A DNA stretch of 64,000 bases from Verrucomicrobiaceae bacterium (GCA_046346695.1 JAXMHS010000004.1:98085-162084), one strand, 5' to 3'; shown: positions 18,484 through 27,823, numbered from the stretch's first letter. Notes: a model not told the origin generated them from the letters alone. Program-made: numbers and translations.

Positions 18484-19437
18484 ATGGCTGAACACACCTT
18501 CACGCTCTCGAATGGTCTCAAGCTCGGCTATGCCGAATATGGTGACCCGCGTGGAGAGGTCATGTTTTATTTTCACGGCTGGCCATCCTCTCACGTGCAG
18601 GGGGCATTGTTTGACGAGCCGGCCAAAAAACATCGCATCCGGCTCATCTGCCCTGACAGGCCTGGGATCGGCCTTTCCGACTTGCAGCCGGGCCGGACCC
18701 TCTCTGACTGGCCGGACACGCTTGCGCAGCTCGCGGCGCATGTCGGCGCGGATAATTACCACGTGCTCGGCTGGAGCGGCGGCGGGCCGTATGTGCTCAT
18801 CACAGCACTGAAAATGCCCAAACGGCTCCTTTCCGCCTCAATCGTATGCGGAGCGCCTCCACTGAAGTTCCTCGGCGATCGTGAAATGTTCTGGCTCTAT
18901 CGTGTCATGATTCAGTTGCGCCACTACTTTCCAACCGTGCTTGGCACGGTGCTGCGTCTTGGAGGAATGATCGCGAAAGGCTCGCCCGCCAAAGCACCGC
19001 TGCGCTGGCTGATGAAGCTGCTCGGCCCCGAGGATCGTCGTGTGTTGTTGCTGCCGGGCATCTACGACGTGGTGCGCGAGGCGACACTCGGTGCGCTGAA
19101 TCGTGGTCCGCAAAGTGTGATCGCCGATGCAGACATTTATTTGAGCGAATGGGGTTTTGAAGTGAGCCAGATCGCATTCCCCATTCATTTCTGGCATGGC
19201 AAACAGGATCGCAACATTGCGTGGACTTACACCGAGCGAATCGCGTCACTGATTCCGAAGGCAACCACCGTCTGGTCGGAGATCGATGGCCACTACTCGA
19301 TGCCCATCACGCACGCCGAGCAAGTCCTCGTCAAGGCCGTCCATGGCCACCAAGACTCATCGGTTGGGCAGAAGGATCGGAATGCCGTCGTCGATCACGA
19401 AAATCTGGCTTCCATCCTGCGTCGCCAGAGCTTCTGA
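18484..19437 (+). CDS. Alpha/beta hydrolase
   Basis: YAEYGDPRG, FHGWPSS, PDRPGIGLS, GWSGGG, WHGKQD, GHY. Confidence 0.88.
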   Translation: MAEHTFTLSNGLKLGYAEYGDPRGEVMFYFHGWPSSHVQGALFDEPAKKHRIRLICPDRPGIGLSDLQPGRTLSDWPDTLAQLAAHVGADNYHVLGWSGGGPYVLITALKMPKRLLSASIVCGAPPLKFLGDREMFWLYRVMIQLRHYFPTVLGTVLRLGGMIAKGSPAKAPLRWLMKLLGPEDRRVLLLPGIYDVVREATLGALNRGPQSVIADADIYLSEWGFEVSQIAFPIHFWHGKQDRNIAWTYTERIASLIPKATTVWSEIDGHYSMPITHAEQVLVKAVHGHQDSSVGQKDRNAVVDHENLASILRRQSF

Positions 19438-19554
19438 GACACCATGCACGGCGCACTCCTCTGCCGTGGCACGACGCAGCGGCTGATGTGTGTCCGGACA
19501 GCGCATCACAGACAGGAATTCATCCAACCAGGCAGTGTTATTCTCGGCACTCAT
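19357..19554 (-). CDS. Trm112/YcaR-family small protein
   Basis: MRCPDTHQPL...FVIDDGIPILL; start overlaps the moeB stop. Confidence 0.75.
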   Translation of the reverse strand: MSAENNTAWLDEFLSVMRCPDTHQPLRRATAEECAVHGVSEALATQDGSQIFVIDDGIPILLPNR

Positions 19555-20699
19555 CAGTATTCTGACATGGACGGATCAATCTCGCGCGCCCAGGCAATGA
19601 TGCCGCCGGAAACATTCCAGACATTCTCGAAACCGAGTTCGCGCAGTTTGCTGACCGCGCGGGCGCTGCGTCCGCCGCTTTTGCAGTGCACGAGGATGCG
19701 CTTGTCACGTGGCAGCTCACCAGTGCGGTTTTCGAGCTCGCCGAGCGGGATGAGCTTGGCGCCGTCAATGCGGCAGATGGCCTGCTCATGCGGTTCGCGC
19801 ACATCGAGGAGGAAATGGTTGTCTCCGGCATCGCGGAGTTCTTTGAGTTCGTGAACAGTCATGGCTGGAACGTCGGGAGCCGTCGCGGCGGAGTTGGGAA
19901 TGCCGCAGAAGCCCTCATAGTCGATGGGTTGGGTGATGGTGGGTTTCTCGCCACACACCGGGCAGTCCGGATCGCGGCGTAGTGTGAGCGTGCGGAAGCG
20001 CATGCTCAGCGTGTCGAGGTGGAGAAGTTTGCCGAGCAATGGCTGGCCGATTCCGGTGATCAGTTTGATCGCTTCGAGCGCCTGCAGGGTGCCGATGAGG
20101 CCCGGCAGCACGCCGAGCACGCCACCTTCCGCGCACGATGGCACAAGGCCGGGCGGTGGCGGCTGCGGGCACATGCAGCGGTAGCACGGTGCTCCGAGAT
20201 GTGGAGCGAAGACGCCCACCTGCCCGTCAAAGCGCAGGATGCTGCCGTACACGTTCGGCTTCTTCAGCCACACAGCCACGTCGTTGCTCAGGTAGCGCGT
20301 GGGGAAATTGTCCGTACCGTCGATGATAACGTCATAATCAGCGGCGATGCGCATCGCGTTCGCGGCGGTGAAGCGCTCGGCGTAAACCTGCACGTTGAGA
20401 TGCGGATTGATGTCCAGCAGGTGCTCGCGGGCCGCGTCGAGCTTCTTCCGGCCGAGGTCTTTCTGCCCAAAGAGGATCTGGCGCTGCAAATTCGTGACCT
20501 CGACTACATCGGGGTCCACGAGGCCAAGCCCGCCGATGCCTGCCGCCGCCAGATACATCGTGATCGGCGACCCCAAACCGCCCGCGCCGATGCACAGCAC
20601 CCGTGCTGCCTTCAGCCGACGCTGCCCCTCGATCCCAAATTCGGGAATCGCGAGGTGACGCGCATAGCGGCGCAGTTCTTCAGGGGAAAGGTCGGACAT
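19554..20699 (-). CDS. moeB: Molybdopterin-synthase adenylyltransferase MoeB with rhodanese domain (MoeZ-like)
   Basis: RYARHL, IGAGGLGSP, TNLQRQIL, DGTDNFPTRY, PCYRC, SCAEGGVLG, DVREP, HCKSGGRS. Confidence 0.93.
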   Translation of the reverse strand: MSDLSPEELRRYARHLAIPEFGIEGQRRLKAARVLCIGAGGLGSPITMYLAAAGIGGLGLVDPDVVEVTNLQRQILFGQKDLGRKKLDAAREHLLDINPHLNVQVYAERFTAANAMRIAADYDVIIDGTDNFPTRYLSNDVAVWLKKPNVYGSILRFDGQVGVFAPHLGAPCYRCMCPQPPPPGLVPSCAEGGVLGVLPGLIGTLQALEAIKLITGIGQPLLGKLLHLDTLSMRFRTLTLRRDPDCPVCGEKPTITQPIDYEGFCGIPNSAATAPDVPAMTVHELKELRDAGDNHFLLDVREPHEQAICRIDGAKLIPLGELENRTGELPRDKRILVHCKSGGRSARAVSKLRELGFENVWNVSGGIIAWAREIDPSMSEY

Positions 20700-20781
20700 G
20701 AGCCGATAAAATGGCGCGATGACACACACGTGCAACGATTCCAGCGGTTGCGAGCACAAATGCTTGGCCTAAGCTCTGGTC

Positions 20782-21060
20782 ATGCCTGATTGGACTCCCC
20801 CAACCTCCGTCAATCTGGTCGATCTCAGCTTCATGGACTCGCGTTCGAAGCTCATCGACCTCGCCGCCTTCCTCGACCGCGTCCAAAAAGCCGGTCAGGA
20901 CGGCGACTTCCGCGTCCAGGCCCTCAAAAACGCTCTCACGCTGCTCTCCCAAGACAAACCGCAGCGTGCGAAGGATGTGCTGCTGAGCTTCAGCGACCCC
21001 AGTGTGGAGCCCATCGCCAAAGCGACGATGCAAGGCGCCATCGGAGCCCACAAAGCCTGA
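20782..21060 (+). CDS. Small hypothetical helical protein (RSKLIDLAAFLDRV motif)
   Basis: Host-like codon usage; co-oriented with the TatD-like gene. Confidence 0.7.
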   Translation: MPDWTPPTSVNLVDLSFMDSRSKLIDLAAFLDRVQKAGQDGDFRVQALKNALTLLSQDKPQRAKDVLLSFSDPSVEPIAKATMQGAIGAHKA

Positions 21061-21092
21061 ACCAAGAACCACGAACGAGGAACCAGGAACTT
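21058..21092. repeat. Short GAACC-type low-complexity intergenic repeat
   Basis: aaccaagaaccacgaacgaggaaccaggaac, about 7-nt periodicity. Confidence 0.4.
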
Positions 21093-21097
21093 CAACG

Positions 21098-21898
21098 ATG
21101 AACTACATCGAACCCCACGGCCACATGGTCAGCCGCACCACGGACTGCTACGAGCGCATGGCGCTCGCCGGCTGCCAGGCCATCTGCGAGCCCGCGTTCT
21201 GGGCCGGTTTCGACCGCGCCAGCGCAGACGGCTTCTACGACTACTTCCGCCAGATCACCGAGTATGAACCGAAGCGCGCCGCGAAGTTCGGCATCAAGCA
21301 CTTCTGCTGGCTCTGCATCAACCCGAAGGAAGCCGAGGACCTCGAGCTCGCAGAGGACGTCATCGCCCTCATCCCGCAGTTCATCGACAAACCCGGCGTC
21401 CTCGGCATCGGCGAGATCGGCCTCAACAAAAACAGCCGTAACGAGCTCGCCATCTTCGAGCGGCATCTCCAGGTCGCGCAGGATTATGACCAGCTCGTGC
21501 TCATTCACACCCCGCACCTCGAGGACAAGCTCAAAGGCACACGCCTCATCGTCCAGGCGCTGAAAAACTTCTCCAAGATCAAGTCCGAGCGCGTCATCAT
21601 CGACCACGTCGAGGAGCACACCATCGACCATGTGCTCGACCACGGCTTCTGGGCCGGCATCACGCTCTATCCCGAGAGCAAATGCACCCCGCATCGCGCC
21701 ATCGACATGCTGGAGCACCGCCACGCCGAGCGCATTTGGATGAACAGCGCCTGCGACTGGGGCATCAGCGATCCCCTCGCTGTCCCCAAGACCATGCAAG
21801 CCATGCGCCAGCGCGGCTGGAGCACCGAAATGATCCAACGCGTCGCGTGGGACAATCCCCGCGCCTTCATGAGCCAGTGCGCGAAGTTCACGCTCTGA
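21098..21898 (+). CDS. TatD-family metallohydrolase, EboB-like
   Basis: IEPHGHMVSRTT, EPAFW, NPKEA, IGEIG, IHTPH, DWGISDPLAVPKT, which match EboB-type motifs as recalled. Confidence 0.85.
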   Translation: MNYIEPHGHMVSRTTDCYERMALAGCQAICEPAFWAGFDRASADGFYDYFRQITEYEPKRAAKFGIKHFCWLCINPKEAEDLELAEDVIALIPQFIDKPGVLGIGEIGLNKNSRNELAIFERHLQVAQDYDQLVLIHTPHLEDKLKGTRLIVQALKNFSKIKSERVIIDHVEEHTIDHVLDHGFWAGITLYPESKCTPHRAIDMLEHRHAERIWMNSACDWGISDPLAVPKTMQAMRQRGWSTEMIQRVAWDNPRAFMSQCAKFTL

Positions 21899-21980
21899 TC
21901 TCATAGTTCCGGCCTGCGGGGCAACCATCTAGTTGAAGAAGGGGATGCCAGCATCCATCATGAGGCCAGCTGCCCAAAGA

Positions 21981-22799
21981 ATGACCGTCCCAAATCTCGA
22001 CTCCATCGCTCTCATTGCCGGAAACGGTCTCTATCCAGAGACCTTTGTCACGGCGGCGCGAAAGGCGGGGGTGAAGAAACTCGTCGTGGCGGCGTTCACG
22101 AACGAGACCAAGCCGGAACTCGCCAGCATGGTGGATTCCATTGAGTGGTTCCGTGTCGGCCAACTCGGCAAAATGATCTCCTTTTTCAAAAGGGAAGGCG
22201 TGAACCAGGCTGTCATGGTCGGCCAGATCGCACCCAAAAACCTATTTGACCTGCGCCCGGACCTCCGCGCGCTCTTCATTTTGGCAAAACTTAAGCGGCG
22301 GAACGCGGAGACGTTGTTTGGAGCCGTGGGCGATGAACTGGCCAACGAGGGCATCACCCTCCTTCCCGCCACGACCTTCCTCGAGGACCTCATGCCCGGC
22401 CCGGGGCATGTCGCCGGACCGCACATCAAGAAGCGGCGGCAGGAAGACGCCGAATACGGTTTCAAAATCGCCAAGGAAAGCAGCCGGCTCGACATTGGAC
22501 AGACCGTGGTGGTGAAGAATGGCACGGTGCTGGCCGTGGAGGCATTTGAAGGCACGAACGAGGCCGTGAAACGAGGCGGCGCTCTCGGTCGTGGAGGTGC
22601 GACGATGGTCAAGGTTTCCAAGCCCAATCACGACATGCGGTTCGATGTGCCCGTCGTAGGCCCCGAAACGATCCGCACCGCGAAGGGAGCGGGGGTCGAT
22701 TTGATCACCGTGGAGGCCGGCAAAACGTTGATTTTAGGCAAAGAAGAGGTGTTTCGCCTGTGCCAGGAGGCCAAGGTCACCCTCATCGCGCTGGCGTGA
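21981..22799 (+). CDS. lpxI: UDP-2,3-diacylglucosamine diphosphatase LpxI
   Basis: LIAGNGLYP, DIGQTVVV, AVEAFEGT, KVSKPNHDMRFDVPVVG. Confidence 0.92.
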   Translation: MTVPNLDSIALIAGNGLYPETFVTAARKAGVKKLVVAAFTNETKPELASMVDSIEWFRVGQLGKMISFFKREGVNQAVMVGQIAPKNLFDLRPDLRALFILAKLKRRNAETLFGAVGDELANEGITLLPATTFLEDLMPGPGHVAGPHIKKRRQEDAEYGFKIAKESSRLDIGQTVVVKNGTVLAVEAFEGTNEAVKRGGALGRGGATMVKVSKPNHDMRFDVPVVGPETIRTAKGAGVDLITVEAGKTLILGKEEVFRLCQEAKVTLIALA

Positions 22800-22843
22800 T
22801 TCTTTCTACGACTGCCGCCGTGTCTTGGATGGCTGAATTCTTG

Positions 22844-22920
22844 TCTCGTATTTCAGCCCCTGTTTGGGTCTAATTGGGGTGGATAGCGGCATACTCCGTT
22901 ATCCACATAACATAATAACC
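22844..22920 (+). promoter_or_regulatory. Conserved promoter box and leader hairpin, pilin-like gene 1
   Basis: TCTCGTA..N..GGTCTAAT, 28-nt hairpin 22879-22906, then ATAACATAATAACC; shared with 23923-23997. Confidence 0.6.
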
Positions 22921-22933
22921 AAACGATAAATAA

Positions 22934-23782
22934 ATGAAAACGAAACGAAACCACGCCTTCACTCTGATCGAGTTGTTGGTGGTAATCACGATCATCGCGA
23001 TTCTCGCGAGCCTGGCCGTGCCCACCTACACCCTCATTCAGAGGATGGCCAATCAGATAAGAGGCGTCAACAACGCCAAACAGATCATCGTCTCGATGAA
23101 GCTGTTCGCGAAGGAACACAACAGCCAGTATCCTGACTCAGTGCCCAATCCGCTCACAGGCAGTTCTGCACAGACCGCCAATGACGCATTCCGGTACATG
23201 ATTCAGGAAAAGTTCGCGACGGATGAGCGCATCTTCGGCTGCCCCGCCGGTCTCAACCCGGATTCCAACATCGGTCAGGGCCCCAGCTATGGCTATGCTT
23301 TGATGCCTGGTGAAAACCATTGGGCGATGACTGGCAACCAGACGGACGCCACGGAGGGCAACATGCCCCTCGTGTTTGAAAACCCAGCCACCCCCAGCTG
23401 GCCTCCGCTCTGGAATGCCAATGTGGCAGGTCAGGTCGCTCCTGGCCGCACCTGGCCTGGTGGCAAGGTCATCATTGGTCGCAATGACGGCAGCGCCGCC
23501 GTGGAAACTCTGGCTGGCAGCAGCGGTATGGTTGGTCCCCGAGTCATGGCCGGTGGCTCGAACATGTTCACCCAAGCCTCCCAAGGCATGTCACTGCGCG
23601 TTTTGCCGGTGGTTTATGGCAATGTCGGCGTTGCTGATCCAGCAACGCTCGCTCGCAGCCTTCCCCCTCCCGTCCCTGGTCCCCTCTCTACTGGAGTGCC
23701 CGGCACTACTCCGGCTTCTGAGGGTGTTGCCAGTGCTTCAGCAGCTCCCGTCGGCCTGCCGCCTTCGGTTTTAAAACAGTAA
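22934..23782 (+). CDS. Prepilin-type N-terminal cleavage/methylation protein (pilin/pseudopilin-like), paralog 1
   Basis: MKTKRNHA|FTLIELLVVITIIAILASLAVP; Pro-rich C-terminal tail. Confidence 0.9.
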   Translation: MKTKRNHAFTLIELLVVITIIAILASLAVPTYTLIQRMANQIRGVNNAKQIIVSMKLFAKEHNSQYPDSVPNPLTGSSAQTANDAFRYMIQEKFATDERIFGCPAGLNPDSNIGQGPSYGYALMPGENHWAMTGNQTDATEGNMPLVFENPATPSWPPLWNANVAGQVAPGRTWPGGKVIIGRNDGSAAVETLAGSSGMVGPRVMAGGSNMFTQASQGMSLRVLPVVYGNVGVADPATLARSLPPPVPGPLSTGVPGTTPASEGVASASAAPVGLPPSVLKQ

Positions 23783-23804
23783 TCTAGCCTGAAGGCAATC
23801 CACG

Positions 23805-23836
23805 CCGCCGGATGCACGCCATCCGGCGGTTTTTTT
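23805..23836 (+). terminator. Rho-independent terminator
   Basis: CCGCCGGATG/CATCCGGCGG stem plus T7. Confidence 0.8.
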
Positions 23837-23922
23837 GTGCTTTGGTGTGCGGGCAGCTAACTGACCTTTTCCCTGTCATTTTCGATGACTTTACCCCCAT
23901 GCCCCTGATGCGAACATTTTTT

Positions 23923-23997
23923 TCTCGCATTATAGAACTCGGTTCGGTCTAATCAGTGGGTGCCGGATTAATTCGGAGCCCACATAACATCATAACC
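23923..23997 (+). promoter_or_regulatory. Conserved promoter box and leader hairpin, pilin-like gene 2
   Basis: TCTCGCA..N..GGTCTAAT with the same spacing as copy 1, 28-nt hairpin 23956-23983, then ATAACATCATAACC. Confidence 0.6.
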
Positions 23998-24019
23998 AAC
24001 CCACAAACGCACTCATAAA

Positions 24020-24910
24020 ATGAAAACGAAACGAACCCACGCCTTCACTCTAATCGAGCTGTTGGTGGTGATCACAATCATCGCGATTCTCGCGAGCTTG
24101 GCCGTGCCCGCCTACAACGGCATTCAGCGCATGGGCAACCAGACCAAAGGGGTCAACAACTGCAAGCAGATCATCCTCTCGCTCAAGCAGTTCTCCAAGG
24201 ACAACAACAGCCAGTATCCGGACTCCGTACCCAATACGACGACCGGAGGAGGCGTTGCTGCCACGTCGAATGACGCCTTCCGCTTCCTGATTCAGGAGCA
24301 GATCGTTCAGGACGAGCGCATCTTTGGCTGTCCGGCTGGCTACAATCCCGATGGAAACATTGGCACCGCACCCAGTTACGGCATGTCACTCACACCGAAC
24401 GAAAACCACTGGGCCATGACGGCCGGTCAGACTGATGCCACCCAAGGCAACATGCCCATCGTGTTCGAAAACTCGGTGACCTCTGGCTGGCCTCCGCAGT
24501 GGAATGCGGATGTTGCTGGTCAGATCCGTCCAGGCCGTACCTGGCCCGGAGGCGAAATCATCATCGGTCGTAACGACGGCAGCGTCCAAGTGGAGAAACT
24601 GAATGGCAAACGTGGTACCGTCGGCCCGAAGGCCATGGCCGGAGGCATGGATTCCTTCACCCAAGCTTCCCAAGGTGTGCCGCAACGCGTGCTCAATGCA
24701 GTCATTGCTGGAGGTGGGCAAATGCAGGGCATTAACACCAACATGCCAGGTGGCCTAGGTTTCCCTGGCCAGCCGGGTTTGCCTGGTGGGCTTCCGGGTC
24801 AGCCGGGTCTCCCCGGAGGTCTTCCGGGTCAGCCGGGTCTCCCCGGAGGTCTTCCGGGTCAGCCGGGTCTCCCTGGAGGCCTTCCTGGTGGTCTTCCACC
24901 GAATCAGTGA
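24020..24910 (+). CDS. Prepilin-type N-terminal cleavage/methylation protein, paralog 2, with C-terminal GLPGGLPGQP repeats
   Basis: MKTKRTHA|FTLIELLVV; aligns along its length with paralog 1. Confidence 0.9.
   Translation: MKTKRTHAFTLIELLVVITIIAILASLAVPAYNGIQRMGNQTKGVNNCKQIILSLKQFSKDNNSQYPDSVPNTTTGGGVAATSNDAFRFLIQEQIVQDERIFGCPAGYNPDGNIGTAPSYGMSLTPNENHWAMTAGQTDATQGNMPIVFENSVTSGWPPQWNADVAGQIRPGRTWPGGEIIIGRNDGSVQVEKLNGKRGTVGPKAMAGGMDSFTQASQGVPQRVLNAVIAGGGQMQGINTNMPGGLGFPGQPGLPGGLPGQPGLPGGLPGQPGLPGGLPGQPGLPGGLPGGLPPNQ
24761..24895 (+). repeat. 30-bp coding tandem repeat (about 4.5 units)
   Basis: cttccgggtcagccgggtctccccggaggt exact at 24791 and 24821, near-exact at 24851, degenerate at 24761. 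Confidence 0.95.
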
Positions 24911-24933
24911 TGCCTTGAAGTAACCGTCCTTGC

Positions 24934-24970
24934 GCCGCCGGGTGTGCCTCATGCCCGGCGGCATTTTTTT
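24934..24970 (+). terminator. Rho-independent terminator
   Basis: GCCGCCGGG/CCCGGCGGC stem plus T7. Confidence 0.75.
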
Positions 24971-25084
24971 GACAACTGCACTGGTTTGCAGGCAAAAAAC
25001 TTGACCCTGCGGAGGCTTCTTCGATTACTGTTTCATTGAGATTCTGCGCTTGATCTCTCCTGCTCGTATTTCATTTCAAAAAGC

Positions 25085-25723
25085 ATGCCTGTCTCTTTTC
25101 ACAGCCCTTTTGTCCGCTCATGCCGCAACGCCGTGGCAGTCCTTTGTGCTGCTGCACTTCTGGGATTTGTCCCGGCTGTGTCCCAAGCTTTCGACACGGT
25201 CATTCTGGATCCAGGGCATGGCGCCCACGACCGCGGGGCGGCGATCGGTTATGTGTATGAAAAGCACCTCGCGCTCGACACTGCGCGACGAGTGGAGCAG
25301 TTGCTCAAGAAGGAAGGATTGAAGGTCATCATGTCGCGCAGCCGTGATGTGTTCATTCCGCTCCAAGACCGCTCAGCGCTGGGTAACAGCCGCCGTGGCG
25401 CCATTTTCGTCAGCATTCATTACAACTACAATCGTGGCGGCAGTGGAGCCGGTGCGGAGACCTACTACCACTTTTCCTCCAGCTACATGCTCGCCGCCTA
25501 CATCCAGGCCTATCTGGTGCAGCGCACCCACATGAGCAACCGGGGCGTCAAAAGCGCCAACTTCCACGTCATCCGCGCCACCAACAAAAACCCGGCCGTG
25601 CTGGTCGAATGCGGATTCGTCAGCAACTCCAGCGAACGTGCGCGCATGATGACCGGAGAATTCCGGGCGGGCATTGCCGAGGGCATTGCACAGGGCATAG
25701 TGGCCTACCGCAAATCCAGGTGA
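25085..25723 (+). CDS. N-acetylmuramoyl-L-alanine amidase (Amidase_3)
   Basis: ILDPGHGAHD, EKHLAL, FVSIHYN, PAVLVECGF. Confidence 0.93.
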   Translation: MPVSFHSPFVRSCRNAVAVLCAAALLGFVPAVSQAFDTVILDPGHGAHDRGAAIGYVYEKHLALDTARRVEQLLKKEGLKVIMSRSRDVFIPLQDRSALGNSRRGAIFVSIHYNYNRGGSGAGAETYYHFSSSYMLAAYIQAYLVQRTHMSNRGVKSANFHVIRATNKNPAVLVECGFVSNSSERARMMTGEFRAGIAEGIAQGIVAYRKSR

Positions 25724-25733
25724 ATGGAGTTTC

Positions 25734-27776
25734 TCAAGGTGTGGCCGCAGCCTGCGCTCCGCTGTCAGAAGACGCTGTTTTTTTCCTGCTTTCACTCCAC
25801 GCCAGGAACACGCCATAGGCCAGCAGAACGAGCTGGCTGATCCAGAAGGCATAGATCTTCGGCCACGTTCCGTCCGTGAAGCCGTACGCGTGCAGACCGA
25901 CGCCGAGTTGGTTCACACCGAACCATGAGAAGATCACGATGCAACCCAGCACAAGGTTGCAGCAGTGCAGTCCGACTTCGCGGATGTAACCACCGAGACG
26001 CGCGTGCAGAATGACGAGGCACATGAGCACGATCATCAGCGCGCCATTTTCCTTCGGATCCCAACCCCAGAAACGCCCCCAGCTGTAATTCGCCCAGATG
26101 CCGCCTAAAACGGTGCCCACGAGCGAGAGGAACAAGCCCGCGGCAATGAAACCGTATGCCACACGCGTCATGAACCGCGCCTGATCCGAGCCGGTGGTGA
26201 CCACTTCGCCACCTCGCCTGCCTTGCAGGCTGGAGACAAAGCGCATGAGGAAGTAAAACATCGAGATCAGCGCCGCCACCATGCATGCGGCGTAGCCGAG
26301 ATTGATCATCGGCACATGGGTGGAGAGCCAGAAATTGGTGATCAGCACGGCCTGGAGCTGTTGCATGGTGTCTGTGGCCTCAGATGCCTCGAACTGGATG
26401 GCCAGGAACATGCACGCCGTGCCGCCAACGGCTGCCACCAGCAGTCCCAAGCCGCGCTTCGTAATCCACTCGGCGATCAGCCCGAACAAAGCGCAGGCTG
26501 AGCCGATGAAGATGATTGTCTCGTAGAGCGTCGTGATCGGAGGACGTTGCATGATGATGCAGCGAATCACCACGCCTGTCACTGCAAGCACCGTGGCCAT
26601 AACCAGAAACGTCCAGGCACATGCTCGCGTGATCGTGCCAAACCGGGAGGCGGCCGATACCCACGTAAGCGCCACGCCAACGAAGCCGACAAGGAACAGC
26701 CATTGCGCGTAGAAGAAGTAGTCCGCCTTCATGGAATGGCGTTCCAGGGCGATGAACTGCCCTTCACCGCGCGCTTTCGCAGCGTCCTGAATCTTCGCCA
26801 GCAGACTCTTTGAGGCAGCTTTGAATTTCGCCGCATCAGGCAGAGCCAGATACACATCTTCATAGGCTGCCAGCCAGGCGAGTTGCGCTGCGTCTGCCTC
26901 ATGCTCGCCATTGATGGCTCCGAAGATGATGTCACCGGGCCCGTGCCACACGTCCTCCGCGCCAGGCGCCGGCGGGAACAAACGCAGTTGCTGCTCGGAG
27001 TTGCCGCTCATCATCGCACCAAGCGCAGCTTTCCCAAAGTCGCGGAACCACGGGATCTGCATCGGTGGACCGCCGCTGGAATGAACAGCCTGGGCGAATT
27101 GCTTGAGGCTCTTCGAGAGGCGCACGGGCTTTTCGATGCCTGCGGGCAGTTGATCAACTTTGTCACCCACCGGCGAGCGGATGAAGTCGAAATGACCGGT
27201 GATCATCTCGTAATCGAGGAAGTTCGCGGCGAGCTGGACGATCATGCGTTGCTCCGGCGTCTGCTTCTTCGCGGGAAGTTCGCGATACGTGTTCATCTTC
27301 TCCATCAGCATCTGACGCGCGGGCTCAATCTCAGCAAAAGTGTATTGATCGCGCTTCGCTTTGGCTTTCAGGCCGAGTTCTTCGATCGCGGAGGAATTGT
27401 CCACCTTGAACAAGGGCACGAGCCTGGCGATGTCCGGCCGGAACCAGCTCATGAGAAGCCATTCGGTGGCGCTGAGCTTCACCGGCTTCTCCCCTTCTTT
27501 GACGATGGGCTTCTGCGTGGCGGGATCGACAAGCGGCTTGCCACCCATCTCGCCATTTTCGGTCAGCCAGATGCTCCGGCGTGCGCGAAAACGCAGCAGC
27601 CGGTAGCTGGCCAGATTTTCGAGTGGTTTGATGCGCCCGGATTCCTGCACCGGCATCGCCGCGAAGGTTTCCACGACTTCCTTGTCGCGGAACAGGTCGA
27701 GCGGCGCCAGTTCGGCGGCAGCGGCGAAGCTGGAGGCTCCTGCGAGCACGGCCAGTGTGAAAAGAAGGGTTTTCAT
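25734..27776 (-). CDS. ccsA: Cytochrome c biogenesis protein CcsA (system II) with large N-terminal periplasmic domain
   Basis: GRIKPL, PPITTLYE, WLSTHV, WANYSWGRFWGWDPKE (WWD domain), GLHAYG. Confidence 0.92.
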   Translation of the reverse strand: MKTLLFTLAVLAGASSFAAAAELAPLDLFRDKEVVETFAAMPVQESGRIKPLENLASYRLLRFRARRSIWLTENGEMGGKPLVDPATQKPIVKEGEKPVKLSATEWLLMSWFRPDIARLVPLFKVDNSSAIEELGLKAKAKRDQYTFAEIEPARQMLMEKMNTYRELPAKKQTPEQRMIVQLAANFLDYEMITGHFDFIRSPVGDKVDQLPAGIEKPVRLSKSLKQFAQAVHSSGGPPMQIPWFRDFGKAALGAMMSGNSEQQLRLFPPAPGAEDVWHGPGDIIFGAINGEHEADAAQLAWLAAYEDVYLALPDAAKFKAASKSLLAKIQDAAKARGEGQFIALERHSMKADYFFYAQWLFLVGFVGVALTWVSAASRFGTITRACAWTFLVMATVLAVTGVVIRCIIMQRPPITTLYETIIFIGSACALFGLIAEWITKRGLGLLVAAVGGTACMFLAIQFEASEATDTMQQLQAVLITNFWLSTHVPMINLGYAACMVAALISMFYFLMRFVSSLQGRRGGEVVTTGSDQARFMTRVAYGFIAAGLFLSLVGTVLGGIWANYSWGRFWGWDPKENGALMIVLMCLVILHARLGGYIREVGLHCCNLVLGCIVIFSWFGVNQLGVGLHAYGFTDGTWPKIYAFWISQLVLLAYGVFLAWSESRKKTASSDSGAQAAATP

Positions 27777-27823
27777 GCAAAGGATACGTTGGGTCGGAGT
27801 TCCTCGTGTCAGTTCGTTGGGCA

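Noticed and set aside
20782-21898. Complete ebo gene cluster
   Set aside because: Only an EboB-like gene is present; no EboA, UbiA-like EboC, DHQ synthase, EboE or EboF in the window.
25063-25073. CTCGTATTTCA 11-mer shared with the pilin-1 promoter (22845-22855)
   Set aside because: Not followed by the GGTCTAAT box at the conserved spacing; may be chance.
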